In this document: in pieces, positions 28,472 to 40,559 of the stretch | Position numbering within the stretch: the stretch's first letter is position 1 | Layout: each line of letters begins with the position of its first letter | Assembly: GCA_002071085.1 (NCBI GenBank) | Contig: MWEM01000004.1 | Location: forward strand, 4,277-68,276 | Direction of reading: 5' to 3' | DNA: 64,000 nucleotides | DNA from: Thermotogota bacterium ADurb.Bin062 | GTDB taxonomy: Bacteria > Thermotogota > Thermotogae > MWEM01 | Made by a program: the position numbers and the translations under genes | The notes under the pieces: generated by a model | Database searches by the model: none | The model's input: the letters and a program-made list of their open reading frames with translations, nothing else | Told to the model about the DNA's origin: nothing

Positions 28472-29065
28472 GTGCCTTCACATTTTTCTAACGTCAAGCT
28501 CTTTCGAACGGTATTCAACGTCAAAGGGCTGATCAAAGAAGGCTATGCGCAGTTCGCCTTCGCGGGACGTTCGAATGTGGGAAAGTCGACCCTGCTCAAC
28601 TATCTGTTCGATCAAAAGCTCGCCAAGACGAGCTCGACTCCCGGCAAGACCCGTTCGGTTAACTATTACCTGGTTAACGAACAGTTTTTTTGTGTCGATT
28701 TACCCGGCTACGGGTACGCGAAAGCTTCCAAATCCGAGCAAGACCTGTGGAGAAGGACACTCGAGAGCTATTTCGAGAGCAATTCGGCGTTGAGAGAGGT
28801 CTTTATACTGATCGATTCTCGCCATCTATTCCTGGAAAAAGACGAACAAATGGTCGTGTGGCTTCGGCACCTCGGAGTCCCCTTCTCTTTCGTTCTGACG
28901 AAAACGGACAAACTCACGACCACCCAACTCAGAAAACAGGTAGAGGCGATAAAAGACGCTCATCCCCAAAACCGGTCTGTCTTTCTCGCCTCTTCTCTGA
29001 AACGAACCGGTAGGTCGGAGCTCGTCGCCTATATCGACGACCTCCAAAAGGCCTTGGCGGAATGA
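28472..29065 (+). CDS. engB: Ribosome biogenesis GTPase EngB/YihA
   Basis: GTG start 2 nt after the lon stop. G1 FAGRSNVGKSTLLN, G3 DLPGYG, TKTDK. Confidence 0.85.
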   Translation: MPSHFSNVKLFRTVFNVKGLIKEGYAQFAFAGRSNVGKSTLLNYLFDQKLAKTSSTPGKTRSVNYYLVNEQFFCVDLPGYGYAKASKSEQDLWRRTLESYFESNSALREVFILIDSRHLFLEKDEQMVVWLRHLGVPFSFVLTKTDKLTTTQLRKQVEAIKDAHPQNRSVFLASSLKRTGRSELVAYIDDLQKALAE

Positions 29066-29190
29066 AGGCGGCTGCGAGGCGCCTCGCCTCCGTGAGGAGG
29101 GGATAGCGGCTGAAGCGTTTTACGTTCCGGTTACAGCGGTTTCTTGATATTCTGATCAAACGTTTGGATCAGAAGAGGATAGAGCTCGGG

Positions 29191-30224
<1,034 letters not shown>

Positions 30225-30233
30225 GAAAAAGGT

Positions 30234-30242
30234 TGTGATATA
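30234..30242 (+). promoter_or_regulatory. Putative extended -10 element (TGATATAAT) upstream of dnaX
   Basis: GTTGTGATATAATAACC, about 65 nt upstream of the dnaX ATG. Confidence 0.25.
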
Positions 30243-30307
30243 ATAACCGAGCGATGATCGATTTGTACGAATAGATCGATTCGGTTCAGCAACCGGAGAG
30301 GGCTTTT

Positions 30308-31711
30308 ATGGAGACATTGTATCGAAAGTATCGCCCGAAGGATTTCGAGGAAGTGGTCGGTCAGGTACCGATCAAGCGGTTGTTCCAACGATCCATCGAA
30401 GCCGGGGCGCTTTCACATGCCTATATTTTCACCGGTCCAAAAGGGACCGGCAAGACCACCTTCGCCAGGATCATCTCGAAACGGGTCAACTGTTTGGCCC
30501 CCTTAGGCAGCAATCCCTGTAATCGATGCGACCAGTGTCTGGCCATTGCGAATGGGAATCATTTGGACGTCATCGAGATGGATGCGGCTTCGAACCGAGG
30601 GATCGATGATTTTCGCGCGATCCGCGAAAAAATCGCCTATCAACCGGTTCAGGGGCGAAAAAAGGTCTATATCATCGATGAAGTGCATATGCTGACGAAC
30701 GAAGCCTTCAACGCTATCTTGAAGACCTTGGAAGAGCCGCCTCCACACGTACTGTTCATTTTGGCGACCACAAATCCCGAAAAAATACCCGAAACCGTGC
30801 TTTCCCGCTGCCAGCTGATCCCGTTTCACAACCTGAGCGAAGCGGAGATCGTGGCGTACCTGGAGAAGATTAGCCGCCTGGAAGGTTCGGAACTAAAGAC
30901 CGACGCTGCCGAAACGATCGCGAGCTTCGCCCGGGGCGGGCTGCGCGATGCCTTGGTCTTGTTGGAGCAATCCTTGCGGTTCGCCGAACCGGGGCAGCCG
31001 ATCACGGAAATGGACGTCACGAAAGTTATCGGCGGGATCACGCGCCAAGAAATGGAAGGTTGGATCGAGACGTTGCTGCGGAACGATTCGCTCGAGATCG
31101 TGCGATTCGTGGAAGGATGCGCCCAGAAAGGCGTGATATGGGATACGTTTTTGAATCAGATGATGACGGCGTTGGTCGCGCGGATACAAACGACCGGAAA
31201 AACGCAGCCCTATCTGCAGCTGGGAGCGGCGATCGCGGGTCTGTCCAAAAAGATGAACCGGATGGAGGAGAAAACCGCTTATTTAACCCTGCGGTTTTTG
31301 GAGATCGGCGCGGGTTTTTCTCCGGTTTCCGGTATCGGGACGGAGACAGCGAAAGAACCGGCATACGAGCGTGTCCTTCAGTCTCCGCTGGCTTCGGAAC
31401 TAGAAGGGTTGATCCGAAAGATCGGAGAATCCGACATGGCCGTCGCCGTTGCTTTAAGATTGAGCAAAGTGAATATGAAGGACTCTTCAATTGAGATAGA
31501 CTATACCGGCTGTGCTTCCGTAACCTCTTGGGTACTGCGGAAGAAGAAAGAATGGGTCGCTGCGTTCCTGAAAGAGAAGGGGTACGAGGCCCGGTGGATA
31601 GAGCCCTCATTAAAAGACCCGAAGACTCTGACGCCGGAGATGAAAACTTACTATCAAAAATTGAAAAAGTTGTTTCCTAACGAAGAAATACGCATTATCG
31701 AAAGCGAATAG
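30308..31711 (+). CDS. dnaX: DNA polymerase III subunit gamma/tau
   Basis: Walker A GPKGTGKTT, Zn module CNRCDQC, DEVHML, SRCQ sensor. Confidence 0.9.
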   Translation: METLYRKYRPKDFEEVVGQVPIKRLFQRSIEAGALSHAYIFTGPKGTGKTTFARIISKRVNCLAPLGSNPCNRCDQCLAIANGNHLDVIEMDAASNRGIDDFRAIREKIAYQPVQGRKKVYIIDEVHMLTNEAFNAILKTLEEPPPHVLFILATTNPEKIPETVLSRCQLIPFHNLSEAEIVAYLEKISRLEGSELKTDAAETIASFARGGLRDALVLLEQSLRFAEPGQPITEMDVTKVIGGITRQEMEGWIETLLRNDSLEIVRFVEGCAQKGVIWDTFLNQMMTALVARIQTTGKTQPYLQLGAAIAGLSKKMNRMEEKTAYLTLRFLEIGAGFSPVSGIGTETAKEPAYERVLQSPLASELEGLIRKIGESDMAVAVALRLSKVNMKDSSIEIDYTGCASVTSWVLRKKKEWVAAFLKEKGYEARWIEPSLKDPKTLTPEMKTYYQKLKKLFPNEEIRIIESE

Positions 31712-31726
31712 AAGAAAGGAGTCAGA

Positions 31727-32095
31727 ATGGCAAAAAAGATGCGGAGTTTCGGAGGAAAATCCTTACGGCCATCATCCACTTCAGGAAAACCCTCTATGCA
31801 AGACCTTATGACAAAAATCAATCAAGCGGGCGAGACGATGCAAGAAATCGAAGAGAGTTTCGCGCAAAAATCTTTCGAGATAACCGCTGGCGGTGGTGCC
31901 ATCAAGATCACGATGAAGGGTGACTTCCACATTAGCGCGATCGAGTTAGAAGATGGTCTTTTAGAAGAGAAAGAGGAATTGACCGATTTGCTGAGCGCGG
32001 CGTTCAACCAGGCGATAGAAACTGTGTCGAAGGAAAAAGACGCTGAGCTCGAGCAGTTGAAAACTCAGTTGGGAATTGGTGGATTAGGAATTTGA
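31727..32095 (+). CDS. ybaB: Nucleoid-associated protein YbaB/EbfC
   Basis: 122 aa immediately after dnaX (conserved dnaX-ybaB arrangement). GGG...AIKITMKGDFHI. Confidence 0.8.
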   Translation: MAKKMRSFGGKSLRPSSTSGKPSMQDLMTKINQAGETMQEIEESFAQKSFEITAGGGAIKITMKGDFHISAIELEDGLLEEKEELTDLLSAAFNQAIETVSKEKDAELEQLKTQLGIGGLGI

Positions 32096-32106
32096 TACAA
32101 ATCTGA

Positions 32107-33126
<1,020 letters not shown>

Positions 33127-33142
33127 TCGTCGCAAAAACATC

Positions 33143-33168
33143 GGCACGCTTCGGCGTGCCTTTTTTTA
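33143..33168 (+). terminator. Intrinsic terminator/attenuator hairpin between gap and pgk
   Basis: GGCACGCTTCGGCGTGCC followed by TTTTTTT. Confidence 0.55.
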
Positions 33169-33179
33169 AGGAGGAGAGA

Positions 33180-35144
33180 ATGGAAGCATTGACGATACGA
33201 GATGTGGAACTCACCGGGAAAAACGTGTTGATGCGTGTGGATTTCAATGTTCCGCTCGATAAGAAAACGAACCAAGTAACGGATGACACACGGATACGAG
33301 CCGCGCTGCCGACCATACGTTACGCCCTTGAGAAAGGTGCCAGAGTGATACTGCTATCCCATCTCGGAAGACCAAAAGGCGGGCCAGATCCGAAGTACAG
33401 CCTTCTTCCGGTGGTTTCAGCGCTATCTGCGCTGTTGGAGAAACCGGTTCTATTTTCAAGCGTCTTCGTCGGAGAAGAATCCGAACAAAAAGTGAGGAAA
33501 CTTCAGAACGGAGAGGTCCTCTTGCTCGAAAATACCCGTTTCGATCCGAGAGAAGAAAAGAACGACAAAGGGCTATCCCGTGAGCTGGCTACCTATGGCG
33601 ATCTGCTCATCAACGACGCCTTCGGCACCGCCCACAGAGCGCACGCCTCTAACGTCGGGGTAGCCGATTATCTGCCCTCCTATAGTGGTTTCTTGATGGA
33701 AAAAGAACTCCGCTTCCTCGGTAAACTCGTGGAGAAGCCGGAGCACCCCTATGTGGCCGTTTTGGGAGGCGCGAAAGTGTCCGATAAAATCGGGGTCATC
33801 GAAAACCTTCTGACCAAAGCGGATAGGCTGTTGATCGGGGGGGCGATGATGTTTACCTTTTGGAAAGCCCTCGGCTTTGAAACGGGCAGCTCCTTGGTAG
33901 AAGAAGACAAGATACCCTTGGCGAAGGCGCTCCTCGAGAAATCGGGAGAACGATCCGTCGAAATTTTGTTACCGATAGACGTTGTCGTTTCCGAAAAGAT
34001 GGAAAGCGGTCAAATCAAGCGGACGGTCACCCGGGAAGCCGGGGTACCTCGCGGATGGATGGGATTGGATATCGGAGAACGAACGATCGCTTTGTTCAAA
34101 GAGGCGATGAAAGGCGCAAAAACGATCGTATGGAACGGACCTATGGGTGTCTTCGAACTCCCGGAATTCGAGGAAGGTACGCGAGCGATCGCTGTGGCGC
34201 TATCGGAGCGGAAGGACGCCACAACCGTCGTTGGAGGCGGAGACAGCGCAGCGGCGATCGCCAAATTCGGGCTGGAAGAAGAAGTGACCCACGTTTCTAC
34301 GGGCGGCGGAGCCTCGCTCGAGATGTTGGAAGGGAAAGAAATGCCCGGTGTGGCGAGCCTATGCGTTCGGAAGAGTCGGAAAATGGTCGTCGCAGGTAAT
34401 TGGAAAATGTACAAAACGCCTGATGAGGCGGGGGCGTTCGCCCGCCGTTTGCTTCAAGTGTTACCGAAGTCTTTCGAACCCGTCGAAGTGGTCTTGTGCC
34501 CTCCTTACGTAGACCTTCACGCGGTGCGCGATGTTCTCGTCGGAACACCGTTGGCCATAGGAGCTCAGAACGTCTACCCCGCCGAAGAAGGCGCCTTCAC
34601 CGGAGAGATATCCCCTCGGATGCTCGTCGCTTCCGGTGTCCGCTACGTCATCGTCGGTCATTCAGAGCGGCGAGCGATTTTCAAAGAAACCAACGATTTC
34701 ATCAACACGAAACTCAAAAGTCTTTTGGCTTCCGGCCTTAAGCCGATCTTCTGCGTAGGCGAAACCTTGAGCCAGCGTGAGAGCGGAGAGACTTTGTCGG
34801 TGTTGGATAACCAAGTGACGGAAGGGTTAAAGGGGCTTCCCGCCCCGGATGTGGAGAAGATCGCCATCGCTTACGAGCCGGTGTGGGCCATCGGCACGGG
34901 GAAAGTCGCGTTGCCTTGGCAAGCCCAGGAGGCGTGTTCGCGAATCAGAGAAAAGCTGAGCGACCTGTACGGCGCGGAGGTGGCCTCGAAGGTTTCGATC
35001 CTTTATGGAGGGAGTATCAAGCCTGAAAACTTCGCGAGCCTGATGGCGCGCCCGGACGTCGATGGCGGATTGGTCGGTGGCGCCAGTTTGCAGGAGTCCT
35101 TCGCCGATTTGGTCAAAACGGCGTTGACCTTTCGGCCTATTTAG
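33180..35144 (+). CDS. pgk/tpi: Bifunctional phosphoglycerate kinase / triosephosphate isomerase (in-frame fusion)
   Basis: ATG 33180 ([27 protein letters not shown]) with RBS AAGGAGGAG. PGK signatures (LSHLGRPKG). Continues without a stop into TIM ([11 protein letters not shown]...[12 protein letters not shown]). The ORF-track start at 33081 overlaps gap and is not supported. Confidence 0.9.
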   Translation: MEALTIRDVELTGKNVLMRVDFNVPLDKKTNQVTDDTRIRAALPTIRYALEKGARVILLSHLGRPKGGPDPKYSLLPVVSALSALLEKPVLFSSVFVGEESEQKVRKLQNGEVLLLENTRFDPREEKNDKGLSRELATYGDLLINDAFGTAHRAHASNVGVADYLPSYSGFLMEKELRFLGKLVEKPEHPYVAVLGGAKVSDKIGVIENLLTKADRLLIGGAMMFTFWKALGFETGSSLVEEDKIPLAKALLEKSGERSVEILLPIDVVVSEKMESGQIKRTVTREAGVPRGWMGLDIGERTIALFKEAMKGAKTIVWNGPMGVFELPEFEEGTRAIAVALSERKDATTVVGGGDSAAAIAKFGLEEEVTHVSTGGGASLEMLEGKEMPGVASLCVRKSRKMVVAGNWKMYKTPDEAGAFARRLLQVLPKSFEPVEVVLCPPYVDLHAVRDVLVGTPLAIGAQNVYPAEEGAFTGEISPRMLVASGVRYVIVGHSERRAIFKETNDFINTKLKSLLASGLKPIFCVGETLSQRESGETLSVLDNQVTEGLKGLPAPDVEKIAIAYEPVWAIGTGKVALPWQAQEACSRIREKLSDLYGAEVASKVSILYGGSIKPENFASLMARPDVDGGLVGGASLQESFADLVKTALTFRPI

Positions 35145-35214
35145 CGCCCCTCCGGGAGCGCTTGGGAGAGCGAAGCAGAAGACCATACCGAATTAAAGTC
35201 CCTCGCTCCCGGGG

Positions 35215-35690
35215 CGTTCACAAGAATCTTTTCTCTGTGTTCTCTGTGCCCTCCGTGTGAACCCTATTTTTCAAGACACGTGCAAAAGCGTATCGCGCCG
35301 TCGCGAAAAGAAGTGGCGCTTACGCCGCGCTGGGTCAGTGGGGTTATCGCGGGGTAAGTGGTTTTTACGACCCCGCGATCCGCTCTTTGCTTTTTTTAGC
35401 CGCGACAGACCCGCACAAAAGCGTATCGCGCCGTCGTGAAAAGAAGGAGCGCTTACGCCGCGCTGGGTCAGTGGGGTTATCGCGGGGTAAGTGGTTTTTA
35501 CGACCCCGGGATACGCCCTTAGCCCCTTCCTTCTACGCCGCAATGGGCCCGTGCAAAAGCGTATCGCGCCGTCGCGATAAGAAGAAGCGCTTACGCCGCG
35601 TAGATTACACAGGCAAAAAATCGCCCGGTTGATTCTGACCTTGTTTCTCGGTAGCACCTCATAACTTGACGCACACTACTAAAGCGCAGG
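35215..35690. repeat. Composite intergenic repeat cluster (T(rc), then three R(rc)+S(rc) units, then the conserved terminus)
   Basis: R(rc) GTGCAAAAGCGTATCGCGCCGTCGCGAAAAGAAG.GGCGCTTACGCCGCG at 35278-35330, 35416-35468 and 35545-35598. S(rc) hairpins at 35344-35380 and 35477-35510. The terminus GATTCTGACCTTGTTTCT...CACCTCATAACTTGACGCACAC at 35628-35686 matches 1680-1735. Confidence 0.8.
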
Positions 35691-35702
35691 TAGGGTTTTT
35701 AT

Positions 35703-35711
35703 GGTATAATG
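35703..35711 (+). promoter_or_regulatory. Putative extended -10 (TGGTATAAT) promoter for the oppA-like gene
   Basis: TTATGGTATAATG, 50 nt upstream of ATG 35760. Confidence 0.35.
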
Positions 35712-35759
35712 TTCTTAACAACGTCTTCTATACTCACCAAATCAAAGGAGGAAGGTTCA

Positions 35760-37265
35760 ATGAAGAAATCCCTTTTGTTTTTGCTTGTCTTAACGGTTTT
35801 TTTTAGTTTCTGTTTTGGCGCACGCGCGGGCGGGGATTTGAAGTTCGCAGTGCAGGTGGAACCGGCCGGATTCGATCCCAATTTGGCGACGGCGTTCGGC
35901 TCACACCGGTTACTTGAGCACGTTTACGAAGGGCTCTTGAGTTTTAACGAAAATATGGATATCGTGCCGGGATTGGCTGAGAGTTTTGAGGTCCCCGAAC
36001 CCACGAAGATCGTCTTCCACCTTCGAAAAAACGTCCTTTTCCATGACGGCACTCCGTTCACCGCGGAGGATGTGCTCTACACCTTTAAGAGGATACAGGA
36101 CCCGGCCTTCGCCTCTCCGGCCGCTTCCTACTACACGGAGGTCTCTTCTATCACGGCCCCGGACCCTTACACCGTGGTTTTCACACTTAAGGTGCCGATG
36201 GTCAACTCTCTGCTTCTAAATTTCGCCGGAGTAAACAGCGCGATCGTCTGTAAAAAGACCGTCGAATCCGGCGTCAATATGCAGCTCCAGACGAACGGTA
36301 CCGGCCCCTTCAAACTGAAAGAATACGCCGCAGGGAATTATATTGCGCTTCAAAAGAACGAGAGGTATTATGTCCCGGGACTCCCGTTACTCGATAGCCT
36401 GACCTTCGTGGTCATCCCGGAAGAGATCTCTCGTAGTTCCGCGTTGAGAAACGCGGACGTTCAGATGGCTCAGATTATGGAGCCGTTGAGCTTAAATACC
36501 TTCCCAGCGCAGCGCTTCGTGACCTACCGCGTCTCGACTTTGCCCTATCTCCTGTTAGGGATCAACAACGCTGCGAAACCCTTCGACAACGTTTTGGTTC
36601 GGAGAGCTTTGAGCTACGCGATCAACCGAGAAGAACTCGTGGAGATGGTGGCTTTCGGCGAAGGCACGGTTACCGGTCCGTTGAACCCGTCTCTGAAGAC
36701 ATGGGCGTTGTTGCCCGAAGCCTTTGACGAATACTCTTACAACCCCGAAAAGGCGAAAGCGTTGTTAAAAGAGGCCGGCTATCCGAACGGTTTCTCTTTC
36801 GAGGCCGTTACATACGCCCAATACAGTCTCGACAAAATCGGAGAGGCGATTCAGGCGCAGCTGGCCCTCGTGGGTATCCAGATGAAAGTCGACGTCGCGG
36901 AGTTCGGGATTTTCGTCAAGCGATGGCGCGAGATCGACTTCCAAACCTTCCTTTCTCTCAACGGCGGGTCCACGGAGCCCGATATCCAGTTCTATCGGAC
37001 CTTCAAATCCGATGGCGCGACCAACAAGTTCAATTTCAAGAACGCGAAAGTCGACGAACTTCTTGAGAAGGGGCGTCAGGCGCTGGACTTAGAAGAACGC
37101 GTCGAGATTTATCGCGCCCTTCAGAGGCTTCTGGTCGAAGAGAATCCGTTCCTCTTCCTTTACTCTCCAAACAACCTCTATGTGTCTTTACCGGAGGTTA
37201 AGGGCTTCGTGCCGATGAGCAACCAGAGCCTGATTATGCTCAAAAAAACGTGGTTGGATAAATAG
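35760..37265 (+). CDS. ABC transporter substrate-binding protein, family 5 (oligopeptide/dipeptide OppA/DppA-like)
   Basis: ATG 35760 after RBS AAAGGAGGAAGG. Signal peptide MKKSLLFLLVLTVFFSFCFGARAGG. SBP_bac_5 organisation. The ORF-track start 35709 is unlikely. Confidence 0.8.
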   Translation: MKKSLLFLLVLTVFFSFCFGARAGGDLKFAVQVEPAGFDPNLATAFGSHRLLEHVYEGLLSFNENMDIVPGLAESFEVPEPTKIVFHLRKNVLFHDGTPFTAEDVLYTFKRIQDPAFASPAASYYTEVSSITAPDPYTVVFTLKVPMVNSLLLNFAGVNSAIVCKKTVESGVNMQLQTNGTGPFKLKEYAAGNYIALQKNERYYVPGLPLLDSLTFVVIPEEISRSSALRNADVQMAQIMEPLSLNTFPAQRFVTYRVSTLPYLLLGINNAAKPFDNVLVRRALSYAINREELVEMVAFGEGTVTGPLNPSLKTWALLPEAFDEYSYNPEKAKALLKEAGYPNGFSFEAVTYAQYSLDKIGEAIQAQLALVGIQMKVDVAEFGIFVKRWREIDFQTFLSLNGGSTEPDIQFYRTFKSDGATNKFNFKNAKVDELLEKGRQALDLEERVEIYRALQRLLVEENPFLFLYSPNNLYVSLPEVKGFVPMSNQSLIMLKKTWLDK

Positions 37266-37274
37266 AATGGAAAC

Positions 37275-37305
37275 CCCCCGCTTCGGCGGGGGGTTCTAAT
37301 CTCAC
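37275..37305 (+). terminator. Intrinsic terminator/attenuator between the SBP gene and the permease genes
   Basis: AAACCCCCCGCTTCGGCGGGGGGTTCT: perfect 8-bp GC stem, tetraloop TTCG, then TTCT. Confidence 0.6.
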
Positions 37306-37306
37306 C

Positions 37307-38260
37307 GTGATCGCGACTTACATTTTCGGACGAGTTCTCTCCGCTGTCCCCACGATACTGATCTTGACCTTCATCGTGTTTCTCGCCATCCATCTCGTTC
37401 CAGGCGACTACATCGATATTATGCTCGGGACCCAAAACTACCTGACCGACGAGCAATTATCCGGACTGTATAAACAGTACGGCTTAGATAAACCTTTTGT
37501 CGTACAATACGGGATATGGTTGAAAAACCTAATCACCTTCAACTTCGGGACCTCTTTGCGAACGGGCCAGAAGGTTTCTGCGATGATACTTGAAAAGCTC
37601 CCGGTGACCTTTGAGCTCGCCTTCTTCGCTCTTTTCTTCAGTTTGGTCTTCGGGATTCCCCTAGGGATCACATCCGCGGTGAAACGCAACCGTTTCGGCG
37701 ACTACGTTGTGCGGGTTTTGGGATTGATCGGTCTTTCGGCGCCCACTTTTTGGATCGGCGCGATACTGATCGTCGCGGTTTCCGGCCTATTTCAGGACTA
37801 CACCCTGTTCGGGTTTGTCTCATTTCAAAAGGATATGGCCAAGAACCTGCAGATTCTCCTCATTCCCTCGTTGACGCTGGGGTTGATGTTAGCGGCCCAA
37901 ATTATGCGGATGGCGCGCAGTTCGATGTTGGACGTTCTGTCGCAAGAGTACGTGAAGGTGGCGAAAGCCAAAGGAGTATCGACCTGGAAGGTGATCTATC
38001 GACACGCCTTAAAAAACGCGATGATACCGGTGATCACCACCGCGGGCATACAGTTCGGATACTTGATGGGCGGGACGATTCTGATCGAGAATATGTTCGC
38101 GTTGCCCGGCTTGGGACGACTGTTGCTCCAATCGGTCAACCAACGCGACTACCCCGTGATCCAAGGCGTCGTGTTGTTCACCGGGGTTTTCATCGTACTG
38201 ATGAATATCCTCGTTGACATTCTGTATACGCTTATCGACCCACGCATCGATTTAAGGTAG
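37307..38260 (+). CDS. ABC transporter permease (OppB/DppB-like)
   Basis: 317 aa, 6 TM. BPD_transp_1 signature region (AKAKGVSTWKVIYRHALKNAMIPVIT). Confidence 0.85.
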   Translation: MIATYIFGRVLSAVPTILILTFIVFLAIHLVPGDYIDIMLGTQNYLTDEQLSGLYKQYGLDKPFVVQYGIWLKNLITFNFGTSLRTGQKVSAMILEKLPVTFELAFFALFFSLVFGIPLGITSAVKRNRFGDYVVRVLGLIGLSAPTFWIGAILIVAVSGLFQDYTLFGFVSFQKDMAKNLQILLIPSLTLGLMLAAQIMRMARSSMLDVLSQEYVKVAKAKGVSTWKVIYRHALKNAMIPVITTAGIQFGYLMGGTILIENMFALPGLGRLLLQSVNQRDYPVIQGVVLFTGVFIVLMNILVDILYTLIDPRIDLR

Positions 38261-38274
38261 CCTAAGGAGAAAAC

Positions 38275-39105
38275 ATGGAGTGGAAGAGATTGAGGAGGAA
38301 GTTCGCGAAGAATCCTCTGAACCTAATCAGTGTGGTGGTCTTCGCCCTGTTCTTAGCGATGGCCTTTTTTCCGCAAATCTTCACCCAGTTCGAACCCAAT
38401 CGGATGAACAGCGCCGTTCGGATGATCTCTCCCACGGCCTCACATATCTTCGGAACCGACCAATTCGGTCGAGATATCTATTCACGCGTCGTTCACGGGG
38501 TACGCGAGACACTCTCCATCGCCTTTCTATCAATCGTATTGGCTTGTGTTTTGGGAACGGCCTTAGGGGTTATTTCCGGTTTTTACGGTCGGTGGATAGA
38601 CCAAATCGTGATGCGGTTAATGGACGCGATGTTCGCCTTTCCCACCATAATCTTGGCGCTATTCATCATTGCGCTGTACGGAGCCAGCCAAAAGAACCTG
38701 ATCATCGCCTTGGGTATCGTCTATACCCCGATCTTCACCCGAACCGTTCGAGGTTCTACGATTTCGATCAAACAATTTTTATACATCAAAGCTGCGAAAG
38801 CTTTGGGGAAACGCGATTTGAGCATTATGTTGAAAGACGTGCTTCCGAACCTCACCTCGGTGCTGATTGTCAGCTTCACCACGAACTTTTCGACCGCGGT
38901 CTTGTCGGAAGCTTCGCTGAGCTTCTTAGGCCTGGGCGTACCACCGCCGACGCCGACCCTAGGAGGGATGGTCGGACAGGGGAGCAACTTTCTGTTGTCG
39001 GCCCCGTGGATCGCGCTATTCCCGGGGTTGTTTATCGCGCTGATCGTACTGAGCATAAACATCATCGGAGATGGTCTGAGGGATGTCCTCGACCCGCGGT
39101 ATTAA
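38275..39105 (+). CDS. ABC transporter permease (OppC/DppC-like)
   Basis: 276 aa, N-terminal OppC_N-like segment, then permease core. Confidence 0.85.
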   Translation: MEWKRLRRKFAKNPLNLISVVVFALFLAMAFFPQIFTQFEPNRMNSAVRMISPTASHIFGTDQFGRDIYSRVVHGVRETLSIAFLSIVLACVLGTALGVISGFYGRWIDQIVMRLMDAMFAFPTIILALFIIALYGASQKNLIIALGIVYTPIFTRTVRGSTISIKQFLYIKAAKALGKRDLSIMLKDVLPNLTSVLIVSFTTNFSTAVLSEASLSFLGLGVPPPTPTLGGMVGQGSNFLLSAPWIALFPGLFIALIVLSINIIGDGLRDVLDPRY

Positions 39106-39165
39106 GGCGGGCTCTTTGTGATACAATAGGGCGAATAAATCGGAAAGAAAGGGAGGAAAAAACCA

Positions 39166-39576
39166 TTGGAAATCTCGATCGATAGGCTGTTGAACATACT
39201 CGTCTCCCAAGTCGAGTCCCTCTCGGCCGCAGTAGAGGATTTACGATTGAAACAAAACGTCGTCGGCACCGTTTTGATGGACGCCGGACTGGTCAATGAG
39301 GAAAAGATAAAGAACGCGGTGAAAAAACAGTTCCACGTGATGAAAAGCCTTAACGCTGAAGAAAACTACACCGAAGAAGAGATTTCGCTTTTCACGAAAG
39401 AAATCGTCAAATGGTTTCAGTGCGATATTTTATCGATAAGACAAGACTTGGAACGCATCCAGCATATGTTGAAACAAATGGCAAAGGACGCCCCGAAACA
39501 GGAAAAAGGACGTATCCAGATCGCGACGCCCGGACTGTTGAACGATTTGGACCGGTTGAAAAAAACGAAAATGTGA
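39166..39576 (+). CDS. Hypothetical soluble protein (136 aa), coupled to the downstream ABC ATPase
   Basis: TTG start after AGGGAGG. Its stop overlaps the ATPase ATG (ATGA). Confidence 0.5.
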   Translation: MEISIDRLLNILVSQVESLSAAVEDLRLKQNVVGTVLMDAGLVNEEKIKNAVKKQFHVMKSLNAEENYTEEEISLFTKEIVKWFQCDILSIRQDLERIQHMLKQMAKDAPKQEKGRIQIATPGLLNDLDRLKKTKM

Positions 39577-40559
39577 TGGATGACGCGATCGGCAAGGCCT
39601 TCGTCGAAATCAACGGTTTGACGAAGGAATTCGGTGAGGTCAAGGCGCTACGCGAGGTATCCTTATCTATCCGTGAGAACGAGCTGGTTGGTCTATTGGG
39701 CCCCAACGGGGCCGGTAAGTCCACTCTCTCCAAGATTCTTGTAACGCTTCTAAAACCGACCTTTGGAGAGGTCCGCATCGCTGGGTATCGACTAAGCGAG
39801 CACCCGCAGAAGATACGGGAGATTATGGGCTACGTGCCCGCCCAACCCACTTTGTACCCGCACCTGACGGCTTGGGAGAACCTCATTTTGTTCGCTGATT
39901 TTTACGGAATCAAAGAACGAACGGCTCGCGCCGCGATAGAAGAGCTACTCGAGGCCTTCGACCTATGGGATTTCCGGCACAAGACGCTACGGAAGTTCTC
40001 TACGGGTATGATTCAAAAAGTGAATATCTGCCGCGGTCTCATTCACGACCCGAAGTTTCTGGTTCTCGATGAACCATTCAACGGACTTGACCCCGTTTCA
40101 CGCTCGGTAGTCAAAGCCTATTTGACTCGTATGATCCAAAAAGGGAAAACGATCTTGCTCACCACACATTTTTTGGATTCTGTGGATGACTTTATCAATA
40201 ATGTGATCATCCTCAATCACGGGAAAGTCTTTTCGCAAGCAGAAACCCAGACCTTGAAAGAAGACTTTCTCCGGAAACAGAAGACGCTGCGCATAGAGGT
40301 CAAGGGGACCTTGATTGCGGACTCGCTTAGGGAAGGCGAGCCCATCGGCGGGCTCTCGGAACCGATCCGCCTCAAGGAAATCAAAGGAGAAGATTTTTTC
40401 GTCTTTGAAATAGAATCCTTTGATCGTCTAGAAGAAAAGCTCCGTATCATCCAATCTCTCTTTTCAAGGGTCTCGTATTTCCGTATGAAAGACCCCACGT
40501 TGGAAGAGATATTCATTTCGCTGACAAAAAAAACCAAACCTTCGGAGGTGCAAGTATGA
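39576..40559 (+). CDS. ABC transporter ATP-binding protein (ABC-2 type)
   Basis: ATG 39576 (MDDAIGKAFVEINGL...). Walker A GPNGAGKST, signature FSTGMIQKV, Walker B LVLDEP. The ORF-track upstream extension from 39411 overlaps the preceding gene. Confidence 0.85.
   Translation: MDDAIGKAFVEINGLTKEFGEVKALREVSLSIRENELVGLLGPNGAGKSTLSKILVTLLKPTFGEVRIAGYRLSEHPQKIREIMGYVPAQPTLYPHLTAWENLILFADFYGIKERTARAAIEELLEAFDLWDFRHKTLRKFSTGMIQKVNICRGLIHDPKFLVLDEPFNGLDPVSRSVVKAYLTRMIQKGKTILLTTHFLDSVDDFINNVIILNHGKVFSQAETQTLKEDFLRKQKTLRIEVKGTLIADSLREGEPIGGLSEPIRLKEIKGEDFFVFEIESFDRLEEKLRIIQSLFSRVSYFRMKDPTLEEIFISLTKKTKPSEVQV

Noticed and set aside
29066-29160. Rho-independent terminator after engB (GCGAGGCGCCTCGC palindrome)
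   Set aside because: Stem is short and not followed by a T-tract. Kept only as a possible weak hairpin.
35257-35657. ORF-track proteins inside the repeat clusters (35271..35657, 35387..35632, 35257..35439; likewise 15063..15401, 51269..51457, 51330..51638, 55616..55798)
   Set aside because: They are translations of the R/S repeat modules on both strands (recurring pseudo-peptides RGVSAPSFRDGAIRFC / SVSRRREKKxRLRR), lack RBS, and overlap each other. Treated as non-coding.
39411-39575. Upstream extension of the ABC ATPase ORF from 39411
   Set aside because: Overlaps the well-supported 39166-39576 gene. ATG 39576 gives the canonical ABC N-terminus and ATGA coupling.
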